A stretch of 64,000 nucleotides of DNA from an uncultured Spirochaetota bacterium. Its GTDB lineage: Bacteria > Spirochaetota > Brevinematia > Brevinematales > JAOACQ01. Of this stretch, positions 1 through 9,945 are shown piece after piece (position 1 is the stretch's first letter; every line of letters starts with the position of its first letter). The notes under the pieces were generated by a model that did not search any database, was not told the DNA's origin, and worked only from the letters and a program-made list of their open reading frames with translations. The DNA lies in NCBI GenBank assembly GCA_963783575.1, contig CAWAOD010000014.1:352001-416000 (forward strand). The letters run 5' to 3'. A program made the position numbers and the translations under genes.

Positions 1-557
1 GAATTGCCGGGGCTGTTATTAACAGCGGCGGTAGAATTCTTGAATATACCATGACTACCGAAGGAATAATTGATGAAATAGCAAAAGTCAAAGAAAAATT
101 CCCGGAATTGATTATAGGACTCGGTACTGTCTTAAATAAAGAAGACGCAGATGATGCAATTCGAAAAGGCGCAGATTTTATTGTAAGTCCAATATTGAAT
201 TATGATATAATTGATTCCGTGAAAAGTAAGGATAAAATGATAATGCTCTCCGGATTTACTCCAACAGAGCTTTACAATGCATATAAAGCAGGATCTGACA
301 TAGTAAAGCTTTTTCCGGCAAGTGAAATGAACCCTTCATTTATCAGGGAATTGTCAGGTCCCCTACCATTTTTAGAGATATTTCCTACAGGAGGCCTGGA
401 TCTTATCGCAGCAATTCAGTTTTTATCTTATGGGGCAGTCGCTGTCGGAATGGGACGTACAGTTTTTAAAAAAGAATTGATTGAAAACAAACACTTTGAT
501 GAGATTTCACAATTATTAAAAAATGCCAACCACAGAATAAAAAATATGGAAATATAA
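1..557 (+). CDS. eda: KDPG/KHG aldolase, 5' end outside the window
   Basis: Frame is open from position 3 (IAGAVINSGGRILEYTMTT). Motifs GLGTVL, GADFIVSP, TPTE, VKLFPA (Schiff-base Lys) and PTGG. Confidence 0.85.
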   Translation, partial: IAGAVINSGGRILEYTMTTEGIIDEIAKVKEKFPELIIGLGTVLNKEDADDAIRKGADFIVSPILNYDIIDSVKSKDKMIMLSGFTPTELYNAYKAGSDIVKLFPASEMNPSFIRELSGPLPFLEIFPTGGLDLIAAIQFLSYGAVAVGMGRTVFKKELIENKHFDEISQLLKNANHRIKNMEI

Positions 558-590
558 TTTGGGCAGTTCGAAAATCTCATTAAAACCTGT

Positions 591-619
591 TTGACAGAAA
601 ATAGCCATCATTATATACT
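591..619 (+). promoter_or_regulatory. sigma70-type promoter
   Basis: TTGACA (591-596), 17-nt spacer, TATACT (614-619); predicted start near 626. Confidence 0.6.
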
Positions 620-625
620 ATCAGT

Positions 626-805
626 ATCGGGAAGTGCATATTTAATATTTTAAATACCTAACCGTTTTCTTAGCATGATTTTACTAAAACATCTGGAGCT
701 GAAGTGACTTTCCTTTAAGATATATCATTATTTCAAAAGGAGTGTACGATAAATGTTCATGCCAGGCTCAATTAATTCATTTCATAAAAATGTTTAAAAT
801 TCCCA
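626..805 (+). ncRNA. candidate ~180-nt rod-shaped RNA (6S-like)
   Basis: Begins at the predicted start site. Ends pair (GGGAA 629-633 with TTCCC 800-804, plus AT-rich arms). Inner stem CTGGAGCTGAA...TTCATGCCAG and TTCCTTT/AAAGGAG. No ORF. Folded by eye only. Confidence 0.3.
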
Positions 806-1039
806 ACCATTTTTCAATAATTTATAAATAATAAAAAATTTATATATATTCAGTCTTGAAAAAACCTTGAGAAATCAATTCGTGTCTTATGTTTTTAACC
901 GCTTAGAATATTATTGACATAATTATATCTTTATAGGTTTTTATTATTCTGATTTGAACTTGTTAAAGCATTTTCAAAGAAAAAGAAACCGATCAATAAT
1001 TAAAAATAGAAAAGAATTTTTTCTAGATTCGGAGGTATA

Positions 1040-3452
1040 GTGAAGATCAAAAAAAAGTCGCTGATAAATGGGTTAACCGGATCAGCTCTTTTAATTATTG
1101 TTAGTTTTATATTAATTACTGGAATAGAGCTGGAAAAAGAATCATATTATGAGATCCGGAATATCAATATTATTATTAAAAGTATAAATGAATTAAAAAT
1201 GATAACTTTAAATGGTATATTGAATCCTGATTCTATTAATCAAAATTACTGGGAAAGAAAATGGGAAGAACTGAATGATAACCTTTTAATGGAGAAAAAT
1301 AAAAGCAGGAACCGGAAATATATTAACCTTCTGATAGAAAAACATTTTGAAGCGAAAAATTTATATTCAGAATTAGTAAATAATATAAAACCGCATCAAG
1401 ATTCCATTATTTCAAATGATAAAAATAAGAGTTCAGTAAATCTTATAATTAATAACTTTTTATCCGAATACCAGCAGATAATTGATATTACCTCACATCG
1501 GTATGATGATATTCAAAAGAATATAATTATAATAAGTAATTTTAATATTGTTTTTATTATATCGATTTCTGCATTTTTATTTTTGTTAATATTGGTGTCA
1601 GCATTTTGGAAAATATTCACGCTTTCGGATGAAAACCTTGACTTTAGTATAAAAAGGGATGTGTTCGGGCAAAATCTGGTAAAAACCTCTCTTCTTGAAA
1701 GTGAAAATAAATACCGTCAATTTTTTGAGAAAGCACAGGAAGGCATTTGTTTTATCAATAATAACGGATTAATTCAATATGCAAATTCAAAAATGGCTGA
1801 TTTACTGGGTTATGTTATTGATGATTTGATAAGTCAGCCGTTTAACAAGTTTGTTGATCAATCGTCTCAGGAAAAATCAAAAAATATTTTTTCCTGTAAT
1901 ATTGAAGAGATTACTGATACAATAGAAATAAAACTAAAGAAAAAAGATGGATCGGAAATTTATACTATAATTTCAATTTCATATTTTAAGAATCAATCCG
2001 GTATTATAAAAAATATTCTCGCATTTTTGACAGATATTACTGATCGAAAACATATGGAAAATATATTTAAAGAAAACGAGGAAAAATACCGGCTTCTTTA
2101 TTCATCAATGAATGAAGGCGTAGGACTCCATGCAGATATTACTTGATGAATTTGGAATGCCGGCAGACTATCGTTTCCTTGATGTCAATAACAGCTATGA
2201 AAAATTGACTGGCTTAAACAGGAATGAAATCATAGGACGTACTGCACGCCAGGTTTTATTAATTCAGGATTCATTCTCAATTATTAATTATGGTGAAGTA
2301 GCTCTTACTGGAATACCAAAGCATTTTGAAAATTATTCAAAGGAAATGGGAAAATATTATGAAATATTTGCATACAGTCCAAAAAAAGGACTTTTTGCAA
2401 CAATTATTAATGATATTACTGAAAGAAAAGAAGCTGAACTTTATCTGCAGATGAATGAGGAACGTTATAGGGAATTGTTTGACGGCAGCAGTGATGGAGT
2501 CATTGTTTATGAAGCTGTTAATGACGGAAATGACTTTTTAATAATTGATTTGAACTTGGCGGTAGAAGAAATTGAAATTGTTAAGAAAGAAGACATTCTG
2601 GGTAAAAGCGTTCTGGAAATTTTTCCCGGCATCAAATCATTTGGACTATTTGATGTTTTGAAAAGAGTCTGGAAAACGGGCAAACCGGAACATTTCCCGG
2701 TATCTTTTTATCAGGATCAGCGTATAAGCGGCTGGAGAGAAAACTATGTTTACAGACTTCCTTCAGGTGAAATTGTTGCGATCTATGAGGATGCTACAAT
2801 ACGAAAAACCGCTGAAGAACAAATCAAATTATCTTTAAAAGAAAAAGAATTGCTTTTGAAAGAAGTTCATCACCGCGTAAAAAACAATCTTCAGATAATT
2901 TCCAGCTTACTTCATCTACAGGAAAAATATATTCGCGATAAAAATGATCTTGAAATTTTTCAGGACAGCCAGAATCGTGTAAAATCAATGGCAATGATCC
3001 ATGAAAAACTTTATCAGTCAGAAAGTTTTTCAAAAGTCGATTTTAAAGATTATATTCAAAGCCTAATCTCTAATTTATATTACTCATTCGGTATAAAAAA
3101 TGAAAGAATACAACTGGAAACACTGATTGATGAAATTTATTTTAATATCGATAAAGCAATAACCTGCGGACTATTATTAAATGAATTGATATCAAATTGT
3201 TTTAAACATGCCTTTCCGGATGAAAGAAAAGGAAAAATCAGTCTCAAAATAAAAAAAGAATTGCATAAATATTTATTGGTTGTAAATGATAATGGTATTG
3301 GCATAAATGAAAATATTGATTCAAATAGTACGGGGTCACTCGGCTTTCAATTAATAAACAGTCTTGTTGCTCAGCTTGGAGGATTTATGAATTATAAAAG
3401 TAATAAAGATGGCTTTTCTGGAACCGAATTTATTATTTCATTTCCCGAATAA
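1040..3452 (+). CDS. membrane PAS-domain sensor histidine kinase (HisKA_2 type), split by one frameshift near 2130
   Basis: Two TM segments, three PAS domains, LLKEVHHRVKNNLQIISSLL H-box, NELISNCFKHAF and DNGIG. ORFs 1040-2146 and 2130-3452 join inside one PAS domain. Confidence 0.85.
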
Positions 3453-3460
3453 GATAAACC

Positions 3461-4406
3461 TTAAGAATGAAATTTTATTGAAGGAATAGATTCTTTTATT
3501 CTAAAGATGCCTGAAGATTCGCCGGTATTTTTATTTATATCGATAATTATTCCTTGTACTTCCATAGCTCCGCTCTCTTCTGGAGAAAATCTGACAGGAA
3601 GATGCTGGATAACTTTCCTGTATGAATCGGAAATTTTCATACCGATTACAGAATCGATCGACCCGCACATACCGATATCAGTTATGTATGCTGTTTTTTT
3701 CGTTAGGATTCTTTCGTCTGCAGTTTGTATATGGGTATGGGTACCCCAGACAGCACTAATCCTGCCGTCAAAGTACCATCCGAAAACTTGTTTTTCACTT
3801 GTCGCTTCTGCATGAAAATCCACAAGTATTATTTTAATCTTATCTTTTTTCAATTTTTCAATTTCTTTTTCAATGGTTTGAAAAGGGCAATCAACCGGAT
3901 CCATAAAAATCCTGCCAATAGCGTTTATTACTGCAGCCTTGATCCCGTTCTTCTCATAAATAAAAACTCCATGACCCGGGTGTATTCGGCGGATAATTGA
4001 TCGGACGTAAAAGACCGGGATACTTATCGAGAAATTCGAATACCTCTTTTTTTTGCCAGACATGATTACCGGTTGTAATTACATCTATCCCGCCTTCAAA
4101 AAGTTGTTTTGCTATAACGTTTGTAATTCCAAAACCATGAGCAGAATTCTCACCGTTTAATATTACCAGATCTGGTTCAATTGCAGTTTTTATCTTAGTG
4201 AATATTGTGAATAAAGCTTTTCTTCCCGGATCACCTATAATATCACCGAATGCGAGTACACGGAAAGAATTCTCATCTTTTTTATTTAATATTAATTCCT
4301 TTTGTTCTGCATAGACGCTTTTTAACAGCATTTCTTTTGACTGGTTGTTTAATATACTGCCAAGAGCCTTACCTGAATTATTTTGTGAATTCATCATTTT
4401 CCCCAT
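3461..4406 (-). CDS. ymdB: YmdB-like metallophosphoesterase (TIGR00282 type), frameshift near 3975-3980
   Basis: GDIIGDPGR, NGEN, TTGNHVW and LRPINYP in one frame; DFHAEATSEK, GTHTH and TDIGMCG in the other. One extra base in CCCGGG. Confidence 0.85.
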
Positions 4407-4483
4407 ATTATGCTAATGATATCAGGTAAATATAATAAGATAAAGAACTATAAATAGCAAAAAGGTCGCAATTTATTCTAATT

Positions 4484-4882
4484 TCAATTACTGCCATTTT
4501 CTTTCAATTCAAGCCGGTATTTCAGTTTAGGCTTTAAGATATTAAATTCTGATTGTAATAGATTGGTCAAAGTGGGATTCATTTCAATAATATACATTAT
4601 ATTCGTGTTTTTTGATGTAATTATATCGGTCGATAAGGTTTCCGGAAAATATGTTTCCAGAATATTCATTTCTTTATCAAGAAAGTACATTCTCATCGGA
4701 AGATAAGTATTTTTCATCCAGTAAGAAACTGTTTCAGGTCTATTATTAATAAAGATCATCCCGTCAATTTGTCCCCAGCTTTTTCTGAACATCATCCCCT
4801 TTTCTTTTTCAGCCTGAGAAACAGCAAGTTCAAAATTAAGAACATTTGTTATCAAAGTGATAGTTATAATTGTTGAAATCAA
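4484..4882 (-). CDS. DUF192 family protein
   Basis: ELA..GMMFR..GMIF..YWMKNTYLPM..F..YIIEMN pattern. Confidence 0.75.
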   Translation of the reverse strand: MISTIITITLITNVLNFELAVSQAEKEKGMMFRKSWGQIDGMIFINNRPETVSYWMKNTYLPMRMYFLDKEMNILETYFPETLSTDIITSKNTNIMYIIEMNPTLTNLLQSEFNILKPKLKYRLELKENGSN

Positions 4883-5230
4883 TTTATTCTCCTACCTTAA
4901 AATAAATTATTATAATCAATATTTTAAATAATTTTCTTTTGATTATTATTATAAATAAATATTGAACAAATTTGAATAAATCTTTCTAAGATATTTTTAT
5001 TTTTATTTCAAATCCTTCCAAGGATTTTTTCAATATAGCATGCCAATAGTTTCCGGAATGTTCACCAATCAAATGTTTCCCAAACAATAAATTGAATCGA
5101 TTATTCAAGATTCGGAAGAATGTGTTTTTCACAGGAAGATGGGAAGCGATGTCCTGAGCAACGAAGGGTCTCGAAGAATCTTGGCCACGAATTGTACTAA
5201 TTAACAAGAATCAGAGAAAACCCTTGTTGG

Positions 5231-7780
5231 TTAGCTTACCTGGTTATCTTTTTTTGTTGAAGGCAGATATAAATAAAAAGCAGAACCTTTTCCTACAATA
5301 GAATCTACGCCGATATACCCGTTATGCTTTTTTATAATAGAGTAGCATATTGTTAATCCAAGTCCATGACCAATATCTTTTGTCGTGAAATAAGGATCAA
5401 AGATTTTCTGTAAATTTTCCGTTGGTATACCATGGCCATTATCACGGAATGTTAATTTAACATAATTGCCACTTATCAAAGGGATTGATTGATTATTTTC
5501 TTCAAGTTTTAAATTTTCCGCGGTAATAATAATTTCTCCCCCATCCGGCATTGCTTGACAGGCATTGATAACCAGGTTTTCTATTACCTGGCAAATTTGC
5601 ACCTCGTCCGCTTCTACCTCCCATAGATCATTGGGTATATAAAATTTACAAACCACATTTTTATTGTTTATAGTAAATTTTACAGTTTCACGAATTACTT
5701 CACCCAGAATAATACTTTTTTTATAGGTGATTGAGCCTTTGGAAAAAGTTAAAAATTGCCAGCTTAAATTCCTGGCCCTAAGCGATGCTTTTTCAGCTTC
5801 AGAAAGGAATTCATATACAGGTCCGACTGGCTGAATATTTAATTTTGCCAGAGAAATATTACCGATAATAGCAGTAAGAATATTATTCAAATCATGACCA
5901 ATTCCGCCAGCTAAAACTTCTAATGAATCCAGTTTATTGATTTTAAGCATTTCTTCTTCAATTATTTTTTTATTTGTAATATCTTCAGCAACACCAACAT
6001 AATTTGTTATTTTGCCTTGTGCGTTTTTAATAGGAGAAGCTGAAAAATAAAGCCAGATTTTTTTATCGTTTTCAATTGTTACAGATAGCTCCCCTCTGTA
6101 ATCATGGCCTCCAATCAGCATATCAAATATTTTATATAAATTTTCTTTGACTGCATTGTCAATATCTAAGTTAAATATATTATTGTTCTTTTCTGCATTT
6201 GGATCAAATCCCGTAACCTCAATAAATTTTTGATTAACATATTCTATATGTCCAGCAGTATCAATAACTACAACAAGAGCTGAACTTTGTTCAACGGCAC
6301 TGTACAAATTACGGAGCTGATCGGCGATTTTTTTCTGTTCCGTTATATCAAATCCTGAGCCCAGTATTGCTTTTCGACCTTCATAATATATTGTAGAAGT
6401 TGTAAGATCAATCCATCTTGCCTCCCCTTCTTTGTTTATCCATTTTAATTCATAACGAAAAGAAGGGATATTCTCCTTGGCTCTCTTGTTAATAATATCT
6501 TTAATCATATTATAATAATCCGGATGTATGAAATCGAATATTCTTTTTTGAGAGATTTCTTCTCTGGTATAACCGGATAATTTTTCCAGTGATGCATTAA
6601 CATAAATAATTTTTTCATCCTGAAAAATAAAAATTGAAGCGGCAGTATTTTCAACCAGCATTTTAAATTGCTCTTCACTTTCTTTTAATGCTAATTCAAC
6701 TTTTTTTCTATCTTCCATTTCTTTCTTTAATAAATTTTCCTGCCTCTTATCCTGGCCTAAAAAAAGTATTCCTGTAAGACCAATCTTATCATTACTGACG
6801 ACAAAACTAGTGAATAAAACCGGTAAAATATCCTGAAGTTTTGAAATCAGGTTTACTTCTAATGACCAATTATAAGGAGTTCTATTTTTTATTTTATCAA
6901 TCATATTCCGTATTGATTCTTTTTCAACTATGTAATTGGTTAAATTTTTACCCATCAGTTCATTTTCAGGATACCCGATGATCTTTTCCATCTGTTTATT
7001 TACTAATATGATACTACCCTCATAATCAACAAGAACTAAAATATCAAGCATACCGGACATAACTTCCTGAATAATTATTGCGGGAGTAAAATTCATCAAA
7101 CGGTATTTAACAATTGATAACCAGATGCTTATAAACCAGATAAGAATAAAAAAAGTACTGAGTGGCGGTAGAAAGCGAATATTTAATTGCGGCATTAAAA
7201 GATCAAAAATATATCCCATTAAAAATGTAATAATACCGCTATATAAAATAATCCTTGAAAGTCGTTTTTCCCTAATATTACTTGAATATTTTCCCCATAA
7301 CCACGTTAATACGACGCAACTCGATAAGAAAAAAATAAAATATACGTTATATGCCCAGTACCAAGGGGAATCAAGATAATATATAGCTTTCCATCCAAAA
7401 TTAGACAAAACAAAATCCTTCACTAAAAGGTTTCCATTTAACTCCTTAATATAAAAAACTGCTCCGGGAAGATAAAGAATCAAGTATAACCACCATTTCT
7501 GTAAAAGCTTTTTCTTATTTGTTAATATCAAGAAAAAATGCAATATTATTCCCTGAAAAAAACACCAGTTAAATGCAAATATATTGTGGAGTATAATTAT
7601 TGTTTTTTTATCTTTTAAAATATGAAAAAGTACATTATCAAAAGACCAGAATGCAAATGATAAGCTGAGAATAAAAAATATCTTATTTAAGTCAGATTTT
7701 TGATTTAATCTCAAAGTATATACACCGACTATTAGATAGATAATGAAAGCAGTAAAAAATAAATATGATAAAATCAGCAT
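5231..7780 (-). CDS. sensor histidine kinase, N-terminal 7TM region + 3 PAS + HisKA + HATPase
   Basis: About 7 hydrophobic helices in the first ~225 aa; PAS motifs; LAGGIGHDLNNILT; QVIENLVINA; DNGHG; FDPYFTTK; GHGLGL. No receiver domain. Confidence 0.9.
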   Translation of the reverse strand: MLILSYLFFTAFIIYLIVGVYTLRLNQKSDLNKIFFILSLSFAFWSFDNVLFHILKDKKTIIILHNIFAFNWCFFQGIILHFFLILTNKKKLLQKWWLYLILYLPGAVFYIKELNGNLLVKDFVLSNFGWKAIYYLDSPWYWAYNVYFIFFLSSCVVLTWLWGKYSSNIREKRLSRIILYSGIITFLMGYIFDLLMPQLNIRFLPPLSTFFILIWFISIWLSIVKYRLMNFTPAIIIQEVMSGMLDILVLVDYEGSIILVNKQMEKIIGYPENELMGKNLTNYIVEKESIRNMIDKIKNRTPYNWSLEVNLISKLQDILPVLFTSFVVSNDKIGLTGILFLGQDKRQENLLKKEMEDRKKVELALKESEEQFKMLVENTAASIFIFQDEKIIYVNASLEKLSGYTREEISQKRIFDFIHPDYYNMIKDIINKRAKENIPSFRYELKWINKEGEARWIDLTTSTIYYEGRKAILGSGFDITEQKKIADQLRNLYSAVEQSSALVVVIDTAGHIEYVNQKFIEVTGFDPNAEKNNNIFNLDIDNAVKENLYKIFDMLIGGHDYRGELSVTIENDKKIWLYFSASPIKNAQGKITNYVGVAEDITNKKIIEEEMLKINKLDSLEVLAGGIGHDLNNILTAIIGNISLAKLNIQPVGPVYEFLSEAEKASLRARNLSWQFLTFSKGSITYKKSIILGEVIRETVKFTINNKNVVCKFYIPNDLWEVEADEVQICQVIENLVINACQAMPDGGEIIITAENLKLEENNQSIPLISGNYVKLTFRDNGHGIPTENLQKIFDPYFTTKDIGHGLGLTICYSIIKKHNGYIGVDSIVGKGSAFYLYLPSTKKDNQVS

Positions 7781-8021
7781 ATATAGTAATCTTCCTTATT
7801 CAAAACTCTAATAAGTTTTATATCATTCAACGCCATTCCTTTTTCATTAAAAAACTCTTCTGCAGTAAGCCTTGAAAAATTAAGTCAGGGTAAGATACTT
7901 TACACAAAGACTTTCCAGAGCATGCCGAGCGGCTCAGATACAAAAATACCCTTAAATAAAATAAACAAAATTAAATATTCCGAGAAGTTTACTTTTTTCT
8001 GAAATATTTGAAAGCATTTCT

Positions 8022-8049
8022 ATTATAATATTACTAAATAAAATGTCAA
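8022..8049 (-). promoter_or_regulatory. sigma70-type promoter of the 7TM kinase
   Basis: Minus strand TTGACA (8049-8044), 16 nt, TATAAT (8027-8022). Confidence 0.45.
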
Positions 8050-8198
8050 TACTTTTAATTATCTATAAATTTTACCAGAATAATCCTTAGTTTAAGTAGT
8101 CTATATTGTATTTTCCGAAGTGTTTATCGCAGGTCAAACTCCAGGATAATAATTGAAACAGGTATGCAGAAAAGTTAATTACTCAAGGAAGTTTTGTT

Positions 8199-9473
8199 TT
8201 AAAATATTTCCCGATCAGTCCTTAAATGACAATAATTTTTAATTGTCTCTTTAATATTCTTCTTATCTGCTCTTGAAATCTTTGTTATGTGAAAACCACA
8301 TAAAATTATTTCTTTGCTGGAATTGAACCATTTTAAATGGCATCCTCCGCGAATAAATCCTATCTGTGGAAAACAGATTATAAATTCAAATTCATTGTGA
8401 ATCGATTTTTCATCAGGCATTTCTTCAAGTTCAAGTCTGAAACCATCAAAAGAAATATCAAATAATTTAGCTTTGACATATTTTTCTTTCTTTATGTTCC
8501 ATAATGATATCGTACAATTTTCAATATTTAACGGATAAAATCGATGAGCCGGATTGGTTTTACTCCTACCTTCCCTTAGCCTTGTGAACAACTTTTTATT
8601 AATTAAACGCCCTTCCATCTCAAAATAAGTGCAGATTGTTCCATTTTGATAGATTGTCACATGAAAATCAACTGAAAGCCATTCTCCTTCTTTTCCTTTT
8701 TCATATCGGAAAAGCTCAGCTTTCATTCCTACAGGGTAGTTTAAATCCACATAATCATAAAATTTTGAATTGAATTGATTCATAATAAATTGTACGCCTC
8801 TTAATGGTACTTTACCGAAAACATGACAACATGCCGTTGTAAATTGCCTCGCTGCTTCCATGAGCATAATTCCTGGTACATGATCAATCGAATGTTCAAA
8901 AAAAAAGGGATGAGATGTATTAATTAATAGATTTGAATAAAAAATATTTTCAACTGGGATGTCTGGAATATCATTTATAATTTGAGCTAATTTAAATCTT
9001 TCAATATCAGAAATATAAATATCTTTCCTATTTAAAACAGAGTATATAGTCTTTCCTTCAACCTCAGAAATGTGTTGTTTTAAAACATATTTTCCTATAC
9101 TGATATTTTTTTGATAGAATTCCGATAATATTTTTTTTTCTTTTTGAGTAAGTTTACCTGTATTATCAAGATTTTCCATCAATTCTTCATCAATAAAATG
9201 TGGTATGTTAAACATTATATAGCATTCTTTATTTCTATTATTAGGAAAAAAATCATCTCCGAGAATTTCAGTGTTAATGGGATAATGCAGTATGTAATAT
9301 TCTAAGAAAATAGCACGGTCGGTAATTGACAGCCTGGGAATTATCAATTTTTCAGCTGTCTCCTTATCAAAATAAGCCGGTATTGCTCTGCGAAGATTTT
9401 TCACAAGAACATTCATTTCATCTTGTTTATGTACAATTTTTTTATCAAGAGAAACTTCAAGATTTGTCATCAT
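8199..9473 (-). CDS. AfsA-related (A-factor biosynthesis) hotdog-domain protein with C-terminal PilZ-like domain
   Basis: LDKKIVHK..NVLV and HPFFFEHSIDHVPGIMLMEAARQ match AfsA motifs; C-terminal AKLFDISFDGFRL is a PilZ DxSxxG motif. ATG at 9473 follows an AGAGG SD. Confidence 0.75.
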   Translation of the reverse strand: MMTNLEVSLDKKIVHKQDEMNVLVKNLRRAIPAYFDKETAEKLIIPRLSITDRAIFLEYYILHYPINTEILGDDFFPNNRNKECYIMFNIPHFIDEELMENLDNTGKLTQKEKKILSEFYQKNISIGKYVLKQHISEVEGKTIYSVLNRKDIYISDIERFKLAQIINDIPDIPVENIFYSNLLINTSHPFFFEHSIDHVPGIMLMEAARQFTTACCHVFGKVPLRGVQFIMNQFNSKFYDYVDLNYPVGMKAELFRYEKGKEGEWLSVDFHVTIYQNGTICTYFEMEGRLINKKLFTRLREGRSKTNPAHRFYPLNIENCTISLWNIKKEKYVKAKLFDISFDGFRLELEEMPDEKSIHNEFEFIICFPQIGFIRGGCHLKWFNSSKEIILCGFHITKISRADKKNIKETIKNYCHLRTDREIF

Positions 9474-9945
9474 ATAACTACCTCTTTTCTTAAATTCAAA
9501 CACAACATAATATACTTAAACGGTAATTAACTTTATACTTTGAACTTTTAACTTTTTACCAGGAACTTATCGTATTTTAGTAAATCATTAACTTGCTAAA
9601 ACAAAATACTATTTTTAGAATTGCCATTATGTATAATAATAAAAGAATTAATAATTATAAAGAATAAATTAAAATATTCAAATATATATTTTATATTTAT
9701 ACTTAATTATTTAGTCTTGTCGTTAAATTACCTATATGATAAATTGTAAAGGGTTTCATTCATTTATTAAGACTTCATTATACTTGAACTTTTAATACGC
9801 TTACTATATACTATAAAAAATATAAGTTAATTTTATCTTCATTACCTGATCAAAAATTAAAAGATATTTTAGCGAACCTTAGATTGAGTTAATTTTCATT
9901 CTGAAGTAATGGTTACAATCTAATATTAATAAACCGGAGAATATT

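Noticed and set aside
626..805. T-box or metabolite riboswitch for the first kinase
   Set aside because: No T-box antiterminator or recognisable aptamer consensus, and no terminator with a U-tract before the gene.
4986..5207. 73-aa minus-strand ORF
   Set aside because: Non-ATG start, no motif, overlaps a palindromic intergenic element.
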